A stretch of DNA of 63,903 nt, filler included, from Octopus bimaculoides (lineage: Eukaryota), in NCBI RefSeq assembly GCF_001194135.2. It is 6 parts of 6 records of this genome, joined end to end, with 100 filler letters (N's around TTAATTAATTAA, not from the genome) between each part and the next. Parts side by side here need not be neighbours in the genome. Positions count along the whole stretch, not along the records: positions 1 to 17,759 come from NC_068986.1; 5 more parts are not named here. One strand, given 5' to 3'. Below are positions 1 through 12,349 of the stretch, in pieces. The stretch's first letter is position 1. Each line of letters starts with the position of its first letter. The notes beneath the pieces were generated by a model. That model saw only the letters and a list, made by a program, of their open reading frames with translations, searched no databases and had not been told where the DNA came from. The translations under genes were made by a program, and so were the position numbers.

Positions 1-46
<46 letters not shown>

Positions 47-519
47 ATATATATATATACACAAATATTATGTATTTACACAAGCACACACACATACACG
101 CACACACATACGCATATATATGGATGTGCATGCACACATAATTTGTATGTGAGAGTGTTGTATATGTATTCGTATACGTCTGTTCCCAGTAGAAGCGAAA
201 GACATATTGTTTGATGTATAATATCGACGCATGCTATCAAAATTATAGGCGTGTGTATATATGTACGTACGTAAGCTTATATGCTTGCATGCATGTATGT
301 ATGTCTGTCTGTATGTATGAATGTATGTATGTATGTATGTAAGTACGTAGGAGGGAGTGAGATGTGACTGCATAATTTTGTACATGACGCAACAATAGCG
401 ACTTTTAATACACGTACATATTTGCATTATATTCGTTTTGTCATGCAATACACCTGTCTTTATATAAACCTATTTATATATGAAATGTGTGGAAACTGTG
501 ATTGCAAACAAATATCTAA

Positions 520-957
520 CCGTTTTGAACATTCACTCTCTCTCTCTTACTGAGATCATTCTACTCTTCCTCTCTGCCCTTTTCTTTTCTCCTTCCTTTC
601 CTTCTTATTCTTTTACCCCTTTTTGTTGTTGTTGTTGTTGTTATTGTTCTTTTTTTCCCTCCTCCTCCTTCTTCTTTTTCCTCCTTCTTTTCCTCCTTCT
701 TCCACCCATTTTCTTGTCCTCCTCCTTCTCCTCCTCCTCATCTCTTTCTCGGCTTCCGTCTTCCCCTTCTTTATCTTCGTCCTCTTCCCTCTTTCTTACC
801 TTTCTTCCACCTCTTTTATCCCTCTCCTTTCTATTCTTTTCCTCTTCTTTACCGTTTCTTCTTTTTCTTCCTTCTCCTCACCCCTATTCGTCCTTCTTCT
901 TCTTCTCCTTCTTCTTCTTCTTCTTCTTCTTCTTCTTCTTCTTCTTCTTCTTCTTCA
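520..957. repeat. Polypyrimidine low-complexity tract ending in (TTC)n
   Basis: Almost pure C/T on the plus strand, with CTT/CCT/TGT triplet runs. It explains ORFs 480..1022 and 623..1060. Confidence 0.9.
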
Positions 958-1075
958 TGTACGATGCTTACGAGAGGCAGCGATCATGGACTTCAAGCTC
1001 TCCCCTTCGTTACACATCTTAAAACATCATATAGTCAGTCTTTTTGCATCCAGCTGGTAAGGCTCTCATGTATCC
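909..1075 (-). mobile_element. 3' end of an RTE/RTE-X-type LINE with (GAA)n tail
   Basis: Minus strand reads IHESLTSWMQKD*LYDVLRCVTKGRA, then after a frameshift KSMIAASRKHRT*, running straight into (GAA)n. This resembles the W-x-S-M-I-A...H-x-T-stop C-terminus and trinucleotide tail of RTE-class LINEs (recognised from memory). Confidence 0.55.
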
Positions 1076-1462
1076 TCCCCCCCCTCTCTCTCTCTATCTA
1101 TCTATCTATTTATCTATTTTCAAAGGCTTCTTCCTCTCAGTTTCCTCGTCGTCATTAAACGCTCAAGGATTTGCCTTCTGTTCTCAGTAATTGTAGAATG
1201 CATGAATATTTATTTTGGTGTGTACGAAAATGTATTCAATTGAACATTAAGCGAATAAGCATAGCAATAGGAAGTGGAAGAGTATTTCTTCAGGGACGCC
1301 ATCTACATGAAAGGCAAATAGCTATACTGGTGCTGTTATTCTGTTTATTGTTTTCATTGTTCTTTTCTCGTAGCTAACGCTGCCATTTTAACACATTAAT
1401 TAAATTATTAATTAATTTTCAAAATCATAACATTTTTGCTTAATTAAAAAATATTAAGTATA

Positions 1463-1844
1463 GGTGCAAGCGTGGCTGTGTGGTAAGAGGCTTGCTTCCC
1501 ATCTACATGGTTCCGGGTTCAGTGACACTGGGTGGTATCTTGGGCAAGTGTCTTCTGCTATAGCCTCGGGCCGACCAAAGCCTTGTGAGTGGATTTGGTA
1601 GACGAAAATTGAAAGAAGCCCGTCGTATACATGTGTGTGTGTGTGTTTGTCTGTCTGTCTGTCTGTGTTTGTTCCCCTACCATCACTTGACGACGGATGT
1701 TGGTGTGTTTACGTCCCCGTAGAGACCTATGGAATAAGTACTAGGCTTACAACGAATAAGTCCTGGGGTCGATTTGTCCGACTAAAGGTGGTGCTCCAGC
1801 ATGGCCACAGTCAAATACTGAAACAAGTAAAAGAATAAAAGAAT
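1463..1844 (+). mobile_element. SINE family A, near full length (tRNA-like head, internal (TG)n, AAAGAAT tail)
   Basis: Box A-like TGGCTGTGTGG, box B-like GGTTCAGT, CCTTGGGCAAGT-like core, GCCGACCAAAGCCTTGTGAGTGGATTTGG body and (AAAGAAT)2 tail. Homologous to copies at 53911 and 60432. Confidence 0.9.
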
Positions 1845-2264
1845 ATTAGCATTCAATTGATTGCAAGAGTAAGAGTTAGTCGCAACATTTTTCCCGACGA
1901 AAACTTTCTATTTGAAATTCATTAACAAACATTTTTTTCTTTGTGGTGGTGAGTAGAGAGGTTTTTGGTTCTTCTCTTCTGGACTTGTGAAAAGTGTTCA
2001 TAATAGGAAGGTATTTTGTTATTTCAAATGTGTTCCGTGGTAGCCAAAGGAAGGCATCACTCGAAGATTTTCATTACAGGCGAATTCTCCAAAATGAATA
2101 TTCACTCATCAGATGCCCCAACCATTAACTCACGATCTTATCCAACAAAGGTGCCACTACTCAGCAAGTTTGGATGCAACAAACCGCATCCAAATCTATC
2201 TTGAGTCACACATTGTTGCACTTAGAAAGAAACAAACATGGATAGGACTATGAGTGTAGAACAA

Positions 2265-2385
2265 AATGCATTGCAGTATTTCTTCCAGTTCTTCCAGTTC
2301 TGGGCTCAAATCCCAACGAAATCAACACTGGCTTTCATCCTGTCTGGATCGATAAAATGAAGTACCAGCCCCGACGATGGGGTGT
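2265..2385 (+). mobile_element. SINE family B, degraded fragment
   Basis: GTTCTGGGCTCAAATCCC...CTTTCATCCT...GATCGATAAAATGAAGTACCAG matches the family B body. Confidence 0.6.
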
Positions 2386-2449
2386 CGGTAAAATTGTTAG
2401 AGCGTCAGATGCGATTCCTTCTTGTATTTGTTCCAGTTTTTTGCTTTCT

Positions 2450-2640
2450 GAGTTGGGTGGAAAAATCAATCCGTCACCCGGTTTAAAAATATATGATCTT
2501 TGGGTGACATTAGCAAAAGTTCACGCCGTTGTAATGCATCCAGACCTGGTTTCCGGTTTGAAAATAACTTCCTTCCACCTTATTATCAGTCTCTGAGTTC
2601 CCGAAAAAATAATTGACTATAGGCACCGCCCTTTCATCCA
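2450..2640 (+). repeat. Old interspersed repeat (family E), copy 1
   Basis: Shares TCACCCGGTTTAA and CAGACC...GGTTTGAAAATAA...TTCCTTCCACC blocks with 23985-24160. Confidence 0.5.
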
Positions 2641-3609
2641 TGACAAAGTAGTCTCATTTTTTACTTATAAAACAAACAAAATAGGTGAAGGATAAAGGCT
2701 AGAATGTCCTTCATTATAGGTCTGTTCGATCATGGCAGACCTGAGGTTGAACAGACCTACCATTATCATACAGAACATCACTTTCTGCACAAGGTTTATT
2801 CTGCCGCTACTGGAATGACCTCTGTGCTTCTCAAGTAAAATATATATGCTGCGTACGCGTACTAACTTGACCCAGGCTAGTTTCTCAGCAACTGCCTCCT
2901 CTCCTTTTAATTATCCCTACTTTATCTGTATAACTGCCTGAAAAATAAATTAATTTTCTTTATTTCTTGAATTCTAACTTGAATTCTAAAATTTATTCGG
3001 TATTTAATCATATTTTATGTTTGAATTCCTGCAAATATTGATTAAACTTGCATATGTTATGACTTTTATTTATTCTTCGATAAACTTCAACTTTAAATTT
3101 TACATTGACTTTTGTAGATAATATTTCACTTTTGAATTTCACGAAAATACATTAATCTCTATTAAACCTGTGGTTTAGAAGACATTATTTCCATCTGTCC
3201 TTCAGTTAACTTCAGGTTCATATTCCGGAAGTTTAATTCACAATATAAATTTCTGTAATATTCTCACAATGAAGTTTGTGAGTTTGGATAACAATTTATG
3301 CCGCGAGGAGAAAACAGACCTGACGTTTAAAACACTGATTCTTCGTCTGAAAGGTCAAAGTTAGTCCCAAAGCGTCTGTTTCTTTTTGTCCTCTATGATA
3401 TACCAACTTATTTAGGAATTTCATTATATACATTTTGCCAACTCAGGTTGCCACCTATTTTATATCCAACTCTGCATTTTGTTTTTTGTTTTTTCTTTTT
3501 ACATGCGTTAATATGAGCTCGTTATGCGTTTTTCCATTCGTTCATATCTAGCTTTAGTTTTAACAATATACAAAATTTCCCAGGAAATGAGGAACCGTTT
3601 CGGTTGTTC

Positions 3610-3770
3610 TTTTTAGCCCCAAGTCAGCTCTGCCCGAAATAATCTATGGTCAAAGACTTCGGGGTATCTCGTCTTCTTATCATGTCTAATGTATTTAAGA
3701 CTGCATTATTCGTGTTATATAAGACAGTAGGGTGTGATCTGAGAGACATTTGACTGATAATGATAGTTTC
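3610..3770 (+). repeat. Old interspersed repeat (family D) fragment
   Basis: CTATGGTCAAAGAC and AAGACAGTAGGGTGTGATCTGAGAGACATTTGACTG blocks recur, in the opposite orientation, at 6290-6875 and 16140-16310. Similar blocks lie at 63200-63490. Confidence 0.45.
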
Positions 3771-3835
3771 AAACTTTGGTCCAAGACCATTCAGTTCTAA
3801 GGAGGGGTTAAGTNNNNNNNNNNNNNNNNNNNNNN

Positions 3836-3991
3836 CGTCCCCTGTGCTCACATGATACTTATTTCATCGACCCTTGAAGAATGAAAGACAAAGTCGACCT
3901 CGACGGAGTTTGAACTGAGAACGTGAAGACGGACGAAATGCCGCTAAGCATTTCGCCCGACGTGCTAACGATTTTATCAGCTTACCGCCTT
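3836..3991 (-). mobile_element. SINE family B, 5' part (cut by gap)
   Basis: Reverse complement of the family B head and body: AAAGTCGACCTCG..GGAGTTTGAACTGAGAACGT...GCCGCTAAGCATTTCGCCCG. Confidence 0.85.
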
Positions 3992-4001
3992 AACTTGATT
4001 G

Positions 4002-4215
4002 ATAATAATCCTTTCTACTAAAGGCACAAGGCCTGAAATTTTGAGGGAGGGGGCTAGTCGATTGTATCGACTCCGGTGTTTCTTTGGTACTTAATTTATC
4101 AATCTCGAAAAGATGAAATTCACAGTCGTTCTCGGTGGAATTTGAACTCAGAACGTGAAGACGGACGAAATGCCGCTAAGCATTTTGCCCCTCGTGTTAA
4201 CGATTCTACCGGCTT
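4002..4215 (-). mobile_element. SINE family B (B1 tail), tandem with previous copy
   Basis: Tail ATAATCCTTTCTACTAAAGGCACAAGGCCTGAAATTTT plus body and tRNA-like head, all in reverse. Confidence 0.85.
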
Positions 4216-4698
4216 AATTTGAGTGATGATAATGCAATTTTATTATGACTTTCCCGTTTCCCTTAATTCAGCGCGTTTACCTTATCTACTTCCGCGGGTA
4301 TCAGCAGGATCTACAAGCTTGCAGAAATAGGTTGGGGAACAGAGAATGCCCAACATAAACAGACCGCAACACTATACCCCAAAGAATTAATCACTGAATG
4401 ACGTAGTGTTGTGTACCATCACCTGCTGTTTGATTAACCACTTCTGGCAAATTTCGAAGTCACAGCTACCTTTATGCAAATAAACCCGTCTACTTAAGTG
4501 TATTGAGCCCCTCTTTTCGAAATATCGAAATACAGTTTTATATACAGCTAAAATATTTATAATAATGCACATACACACAGACACACACAAATACAAAATA
4601 ATACACATATATGATTGCGAATGTGAATGTGTATGCGTGTGTGCGTGTGTGTGCCTGTGCGCGTGCGTACGTGTGTGAATGCGTATATGTATGTGCAT

Positions 4699-4916
4699 GT
4701 CTTTTCTACTCCAGGCACATAGTCTTTTCTACTCCAGGCACACGATCCAAAATTTTTGAGGAGCCCCAGTACGCAACTGGTCTTTAATTTATCGACCTCG
4801 AAAGGATGAAAGGCAAAGTCGACCTCGGCGGAATTTGAACTCAGAATGTAAAGACAGACGAAATACCGCTGAGCCTTCCGCCCGGCGTGCTAACGTTTCT
4901 GCCAGCTCGCCGCTTT
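4699..4916 (-). mobile_element. SINE family B (B1 tail) with duplicated tail segment
   Basis: Clean body GGATGAAAGGCAAAGTCGACCTCGGCGGAATTTGAACTCAGAA. GTCTTTTCTACTCCAGGCACA is repeated at 4699-4719 and 4722-4742. Confidence 0.9.
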
Positions 4917-5089
4917 AGGACCTTCTGCATATTACATACACGGGTGCAACAAAAAAAAAAAAATCGGTGCTCTTAAATGAAGTCCTTTGCATCGGTTTAC
5001 AAACGGTCACTTAGCATTCCCATCGTCAGTAATGTTGTAAATACGTCACTGGCCGATTGGAAAGTTATAACCAACAACGCAAGTGTTTA

Positions 5090-5447
5090 CCAGTTGCGAT
5101 ATGTGGTTAAGAAGCTCGCTTTGCAACCACGTGGTCTCGAGGTCAGTCTCACTGTACGGCACATAGGGCCGACCAACACTTTGTGAGTGAATTCGCTAAA
5201 CGGAAACTGTGTAGAAATATATCGTATATTCATATGTATGTGTGTATGTGTGTATGTTTTACCCTCCACCGTTCGACAACCGGTGTTGGTTTGTTTACGT
5301 TCCTGTATTCTAGTAATTCGGCAAACGGGACCGCTAAAATAAATACCAGACTTAAAAAGTAAATACTAGGAGCGATATGTTCGACTAAAACCCTTCAAGG
5401 CGGTGCCGCATTGCATGGCCACAATCCAAAGACCAAAAATAAATAAA
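5090..5447 (+). mobile_element. SINE family A, diverged, with internal deletion
   Basis: TGTGGTTAAGAAGCTCGCTTTGCAACCAC head, GGGCCGACCAACACTTTGTGAGTG body and TTCGACTAAAACCCTTCAAGGCGGTG 3' part. Confidence 0.8.
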
Positions 5448-6289
5448 TGTATCAATACTTTGCAGTAGTGAAATAAATTTCGTAACTAGATTTTGGATGG
5501 TGTATAAACACTTCAGATTGGACGTAATTCTGAGGCTTCAAGATTGGACGTAATTTTAGTTCGACGCAATTTCAGGCAGAACAAATCTTAACTGAACAAA
5601 ACTAAATAATGTACCTTGTAGATTTTTATTGCACGTTTAATAAGCGTTATATTATGAGTATAACTTATCTAATAGGTTAGACAGTGAAATATATTCTGTC
5701 AAAAGGAAGATGAGAAATCTAAGGTTTAGAACGTTTGTTCTTCGAAGAGCAAGGGGAAAAAAATAGAGATCTTAAGATGAGTCCGTAAAATCGACAATGA
5801 GATAAAGATTTGATATTAAGAGAAAGATGTAAAGAGATAAACGGGAAAAGCATTGTGCAATTATGTGAATAATGTTGTAAGATGTGAGTAATGTGGTAGA
5901 TGTACAATGTGAGGGGAAGCAAGATGTGAGTATGGTACACCAAAGTAGAAGCAAGATACAGTGTTTCTTGCATCTTGTTCTGGTAATCGCTTTTTGTTTC
6001 CTATATCTTTGATTCTCTATGCTTTTAAGGAAGCTCTATTTCACCCCTGTCCTTATATTGATGTAAATGTATTTTCAATTATGTTAAATGTTTAGATATG
6101 ATAAATATCCTAGCTAATTTCATTGAAGAGTTTCGTGATGATATTAGCCAGTTCAGGAATGCATTGTTTGAAGGAAATGGAAGTAACATCTTAAGGAAGC
6201 CTCTACGTCAGTCATAGGCAAACTGTAACCCGCATGACTTTCTGAATGGCACGCCAAACAAAAAATTATCTCGAATTTTTTAGCTGTGC

Positions 6290-6875
6290 TGCTCGCCTGA
6301 TAATTAGCTAGGATTCATGCAACAACGTTCTCGTAAAAAAATTGCCTATATCTGCTCTGCTCTACGTGGTCGCTCAACTTACAAGAAGTAGCAGCTAGAT
6401 CCCTGATATCACACATAACATTTAAAAAAAAAAAACGGAAGTCACATTAGATCAGTGGTTCCCAAGCTTTTTAGAGACGTGACCCACTATTTATGACACC
6501 AGTTTATGACGACCCACTTAACTCTACTGGATAAAAAGAGACTTTCCCTTTTTACGATTACATACGATTAAATAACTTGAGAAAATGACCACCTCTGATT
6601 TGTTAAGTTCCTGAAAAAAGCCTACTGTTTGATAAAGCAACCAGTCTGGTATTGAAAACATGAGTCTTGAACGATCTCGATAGACAGCAGTAAATCAAAG
6701 CTAATGCGTAATTTTATAACTTTTTGCAACCCACTAGGATTCCGTTCGCGACCCATCAGTGGGTCGCGACTCCTAGTTTGGGAACCACTGCATTAGATAA
6801 TATGTCAAATGGAAGACAAAATAACGTCTTTCATCACCGTCTACTTGATCAGAGTTAGACCGAGATTAAACAGCA
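6290..6875 (-). repeat. Family D repeat interrupted by a hAT MITE
   Basis: Family D blocks lie on both sides of the MITE (6290-6452 and 6799-6875). Confidence 0.5.
6453..6790. mobile_element. hAT-superfamily MITE (338 bp)
   Basis: TIRs CAGTGGTTCCCAA(G/A)CT; perfect 8-bp TSD CATTAGAT at 6445-6452 and 6791-6798; subterminal palindrome CGCGACCCA...TGGGTCGCG. Confidence 0.92.
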
Positions 6876-7372
6876 ACAACGCTAGCTAATAATCAACAGA
6901 ATTTATATAAAAGTCTCCATTTCTTACACTTACATAGGTAGCATCTATATATTCAGAACTAAGCGGGGCCACCAAATTACATCCGCTACTTGTCAACAAC
7001 ACACAAGCAGATTGTGCCAAAGCTACTAGATTAAATGTATGCAGAATATAAAATATGAATGTAAAAACCAATAATACTTGCTAACAGAGGGTTTTCAAAA
7101 CTGTAATGTCACTATAAATGTCGAAGGACTATACAAGACTGAAAAATTATGGTAGTAACTCACAATAGCTTTTAATCATTGTTAGAATGAAAATGAAAGT
7201 CTAAAATATATCAAAGAAAGTATATAACTAACGGCTTCACTACAGATTGAGATATATAGCCTGGATGAAAAGTTATTAGAAAGTAGAAGCTGGAAAAACC
7301 ACTGAGTCAGCATAACGAAATATCAGAATAACAATACAAACATATGCATACATATATACACATAAACGCGCA

Positions 7373-7437
<65 letters not shown>

Positions 7438-7506
7438 NNNNNNNNNNNNNNNNNNNNNNNNNNNNNNNNNNNNNNNNNNNNNNNNNNNNNNNNNNNNNNN
7501 NNNNNN

Positions 7507-7561
<55 letters not shown>

Positions 7562-7651
7562 TACAAACACACATACATATAATATATATACAAACATACA
7601 TATATGCATATACACACATATACATACGTACATGCACACATAAAGATGTAC

Positions 7652-7682
<31 letters not shown>

Positions 7683-7754
7683 AAACATACATACATATAT
7701 ACATATATATATATGTGTATATATATATATATATATACATATATATTAGCTCAT

Positions 7755-7814
<60 letters not shown>

Positions 7815-7822
7815 CATTTATA

Positions 7823-8648
7823 TTGGGTCATCCTATAAATAATGCGTTTTTTATACTTTTATTATTCAAAATTAAGATAAACAAAGTTCTTTTTAATCTA
7901 AAAAATACTCTCCTTCATTCTCTGCAATGCTCTTCCATCTATCTGGTAGACTTGCAAGGCCCCTCTTCCAAAATTCACTTGTCCGTGACGAAAAATACTC
8001 CTCCAGTACTGTTCTAACCTCGTTTACAGAACTCATATTTTTTACGTCCAAATGACTGATGACTGGAATAAATGATAATCAGATGGCACAATGTTCGGCG
8101 AATATGGTGGTTGGGGCATCGTTTCCTATTCAAACTGCTCCTGTCATTGGAATATCATCCTCGCTGTATGTAGCCGACCATTATCCTGATGGAAGAACAC
8201 CCTTCCTCTTGAAACCAAAGATGGTCGTTTTTCTTCTTTCGCTGACTTAAGCCGCTCAAGCTGCTCGCAGTAGATCTTTGTTATCGTTTGGTTTGGGTTT
8301 AAAAGTTCAAAGTGGACTAAACCTTTCATATCTCACCAAACAGATAACAACACCTTACGTGGTTGAAGATCTTCTTTAGCCTGGGATGCCGGTGTTTCTC
8401 CTTTCTCTACCCACTGTCTTCGGCGCTTTACATGTCTATAGAAAACCTATTTCTCGCCACCAGTCCCTATTCAGTCCAAAAAAGGTTCATTCGTGAAACG
8501 TGACAGCACAGAAAAGCATACATTCAGTCTCTGCGCACGATTAGACTCTGAATGTTGCTAACTTTTCCGATAGCACGCAGGTGTCGATGAACAGTTGAAT
8601 GACCAAATCCAAGCTTTTCTGCCAGTTCATTAAAAGTTACGATGGTCA
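7823..8648 (-). mobile_element. Mariner transposon relic, 3' two-thirds
   Basis: TA + TIR TTGGGTCATCCTATAAATAATGCG. Minus strand gives LGFGHSTVHRHLRAIGKV...MKGLVHFELLNPNQTIT...VFFHQDNG...PPYSPNIVPSDYHLF, with stops and frameshifts. Same family as 56170-57078. Confidence 0.9.
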
Positions 8649-8934
8649 TAAATGGCTAGCTATTTATGACCATAAATGGCTAGCCATGGTCATAAATAAC
8701 TAGTCATTTATGACCATGGCTAGCTATGGTCATAAATATTGAAAAGATATTAGGAGTAGTAAATTGGGTATAAAGTGACAGTCTATAAAGGAGGCTGGGT
8801 AGGGGAAAACCCTAAATCGTGATATTAATTACCAGTTAAAGGGGCAAGACGCTAATAAAACCTATGATGTTAAACAGAAGAAATTTTATCATGGGGTACT
8901 ATGAGTGATTGTTTATAAACAATANNNNNNNNNN

Positions 8935-9420
8935 TAATAATAATAATAGGGATAAAAATCCAAATTTACAGGTAAAAACTCAATTAAATTCAATTTATTA
9001 AAAATTAAAATTAAATTAAGTTTCACAGTATAAAATATAATATAATATATATATATATAAACAAAACAAAAAAAATGGAACGTAACAGGCGACAACAAAA
9101 CATCCGGACTGTTAGACGATACAAAAAAGGACCGGAAAAAACAAGTCATTCGGAACTTTCTATCGTTAGTCGAGTTCCAGATCATCGTTGCAGTTTCGGT
9201 CAGTTACACTCGATACTGCTCCAATCTGCCCGGCCCCAAGAAAACTAAAAGCACTAGATTCTTTGGGGGAAAAGCAAGCGAATATATACGAAAATAAGGA
9301 CGAAAAAATACGGAGAAATGGTACACAATTACAAATACAAACAACAGGACATTAACAATAGGTATCTTTCGACTAAGGACGAATTAAATTAAGCTGGCAT
9401 GTATGGAAGTGAAGCCTTAT
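8935..9420. repeat. Unclassified interspersed repeat (family G) starting with (TAA)n
   Basis: Block AAACAAAACAAAAAATGGAAC..GTAACAxGxGACAACA (about 9058-9100) recurs at about 9824-9870 with different flanks. Confidence 0.4.
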
Positions 9421-10063
9421 GGCAGGAACATAGAAGATGAAAGTCATGGGAAGGAATATAAGAGATGCTACACGGATGGTAGTTGAACCAAGAAAGTAAA
9501 GTCATTCTTGGCGGAACACCGGTCACGTGGACGGAGAGGAAAGATGTAGGAGCATAGGGATAGAAGAATTAGGGAAGGACGAGAAAGAAAGAAAAAGAAA
9601 GGAAAGGGACAGAGTAGGTAAAGGAGGAGGGAAAGTGATGAGAATAAAGGGAAGCCCAACAAATGTGAGAGAGGGGGAACGAGAAAAAGAGAAATGGAAA
9701 GAAGGAAGAAAGTGTGAAGGGAGGTAAAAGAAAGAGTGAAAGAGTCGTGCAGAATTTAGATATATATATACTTACATACAGGAGACCAAAAGTCTACATA
9801 AGTCGTTATATGTATATATAGAAAAACAAAACAAAAAATGGAACAAGAACGTAACAAGTGACAACAGCGGCATACGTACNNNNNNNNNNNNNNNNNNNNN
9901 NNNNNNNNNNNNNNNNNNNNNNNNNNNNNNNNNNNNNNNNNNNNNNNNNNNNNNNNNNNNNNNNNNNNNNNNNNNNNNNNNNNNNNNNNNNNNNNNNNNN
10001 NNNNNNNNNNNNNNNNNNTATATATATATATATATATATATACATGCACACACACACACAAGC

Positions 10064-10104
<41 letters not shown>

Positions 10105-10656
10105 ATGTATATATTACATATATAAATACAGATATACATGTGTGTGTGTTTGTGTGTGCGTGTGCGTGTGTATGTGTGCGTGTCCAAAAATGTCATTCAT
10201 ATATGGAAGTACACACACATACAGATATACATTTACAGCGAAAAGTTGAATAAGATATTTTTTTTATTATACCCCGCTATTATAACGTTGAGCTTTGTAA
10301 TTTGATGTGCATTTATTTTTAAAAAAAAGAAAAAAACACTAATAATGCGTCTGTGGAAGAGAACAAGTTTCTGCATGTGTATCAGTCACAAAATTTACCA
10401 CTGCCTCCCCTACTGCACTTACCAATAACATCAGCAGCCAACAATCTGATTTATTGCCAAAAGCATCTATAAGGATGTCATATATTAACATCTGCGTCCC
10501 ACCAATAGAATTTTTAAATATTCATAATGTGTGTGTGTGCGTGTACGTGTGATATATATATATATACACACACACATTGTTTATAAGGAATGAGAAAACG
10601 TACTCAATACATGATATGGGGTATGATTGTATTTATTATGCTGATATCATTTGCTG

Positions 10657-10689
<33 letters not shown>

Positions 10690-11070
10690 ATGTGTGTGTG
10701 TGTGTGTGTGNNNNNNNNNNNNNNNNNNNNNNNNNNNNNNNNNNNNNNNNNNNNNNNNNNNNNNNNNNNNNNNNNNNNNNNNNNNNNNNNNNNNNNNNNN
10801 NNNNNNNNNNNNNNNNNNNNNNNNNNNNNNNNNNNNNNNNNNNNNNNNNNNNNNNNNNNNNNNNNNNNNNNNNNNNNNNNNNNNNNNNNNNNNNNNNNNN
10901 NNNNNNNNNNNNNNNNNNNNNNNNNNNNNNNNNNNNNNNNNNNNNNNNNNNNNNNNNNNNNNNNNNNNNNNNNNNNNNNNNNNNNNNNNNNNNNNNNNNN
11001 NNNNNNNNNATATATATATATATATATATATACATATTTGTGTGTGTGTGTATTTACGTGAATGTGTCAG

Positions 11071-11266
11071 TGTTTGTCACCCCAACATCGCTTGACAACC
11101 GATGCTGGTGTGTTTATGTCCCCGTAACCTAATGGTTCGGTAAAAGAGACTGATGGAATAAGTGGTAAGCTCACAAAGAATAAATCCTGGGGTCGATTTC
11201 TTCGACTAAAACCCTTTAAGGCGGTTTTCCAGCATGACCGCAATCAAATGACTGAAACAAGTAAGA
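11071..11266 (+). mobile_element. SINE family A, 3' half (5' part in gap)
   Basis: CATCGCTTGACAACCGATGCTGGTGTGTTTATGTCCCCGTAAC...CTGGGGTCGATTTCTTCGACTAAA...TGACTGAAACAAGTAA. Confidence 0.85.
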
Positions 11267-11319
11267 TAATATGTATATATATATATATATGTATATGTAT
11301 GTATGTATGTATATATATC

Positions 11320-12340
11320 ACCATGGAACACAGCTGTAAACAACTCCCTTTTCTTGACATCCTAATTAAAATAGTCAATAACCACATCGAAACAGACATC
11401 TTCTATGAACCCACAGATTCTAAACAATACCTATTATTCAACTCATGCCACCCCAAACACATAAAAATTAATATACTTTATAATCTAGCGAAAAGAATCT
11501 GTACCATAGTGTCGGACTCCTATACTCGTGAACGAAGACTACTTGAACTCAGATCAATACTAATCAAAAAACGTTACCCAATATCTTTAATAAATGATGG
11601 AATTAAACGAGCTAAGGAAATAGACATACGAACATTAAGGGAAGTCAACCGAAATACTAAACCAGACTTAAAAACTACTCCCATACATCTCTACACATAA
11701 CCCTAGAAACAACGAAGCCTTTAACCTTATCATCCAAAATCTTCCCATCCTCACAAGAGATAAAACAATGAACAAAATTTTAGACTCACACAAAATTATC
11801 AAAAGTAAAATGCAACCTAAATCACTGAAAAAAATATTAACCAGCGCAAGACTGTATCCATTAACAACAGAACCAAAAGTGAAAAAATGTGGTCGACCTA
11901 ACTGTGGTACTTGCCCTCACCTTTTTGGAGGGTTCAAAGTTCCACTTTAAACAAGGTGAAATATTTAAGATTAAATCAAATTTCACCTGTGCTTCGGAAA
12001 ATCTAATCTATGCCATTACATGCTTAGGTGCAGTAATAACTATATTGGCCAAACAGGAATATCACTCCGTAGAAGAACCACTCTCCACAAAGAACAAATC
12101 CGCCACCCACATTACAGACAGATACGGGTCAGTGGACACATAGAAAGGTGTGCGAGGAATCTTAATCCTAATTTCCTAATTTTTCCCTCCTATCAATGTT
12201 CACAGAACACCTCAATACAACAAAGAATGAATAAAGAGGCAACTTTTATCGATAAATATCTTCCTCAAGTAAATATGAACACATATCATAATATAGAACA
12301 CTACTAACCTTCCATTTAATACCACTAACCCCCATACACC
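11320..12340 (+). mobile_element. Penelope-like element relic 1: RT thumb, Cys linker and GIY-YIG endonuclease
   Basis: LPFLDILIKIVNNHIETDIFYEPTDSKQYLLFNSCHP, then LPYISTHNP, KKCGRPNCGTCPHL, NLIYAITCLG/CSNNYIGQT..LRRRTTLH and EATFIDKY, across about three frameshifts. Confidence 0.93.
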
Positions 12341-12349
12341 TTTCAAATA

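Noticed and set aside
5511-5556. Short tandem duplications (also near 2965, 22987 and 50887)
   Set aside because: Ordinary 12-25-bp slippage duplications with no further structure.
9185-9235. Hammerhead on the minus strand in family G
   Set aside because: GAAAC and a possible stem II exist, but the core reads CAGATTGGA and stems I and III do not form.
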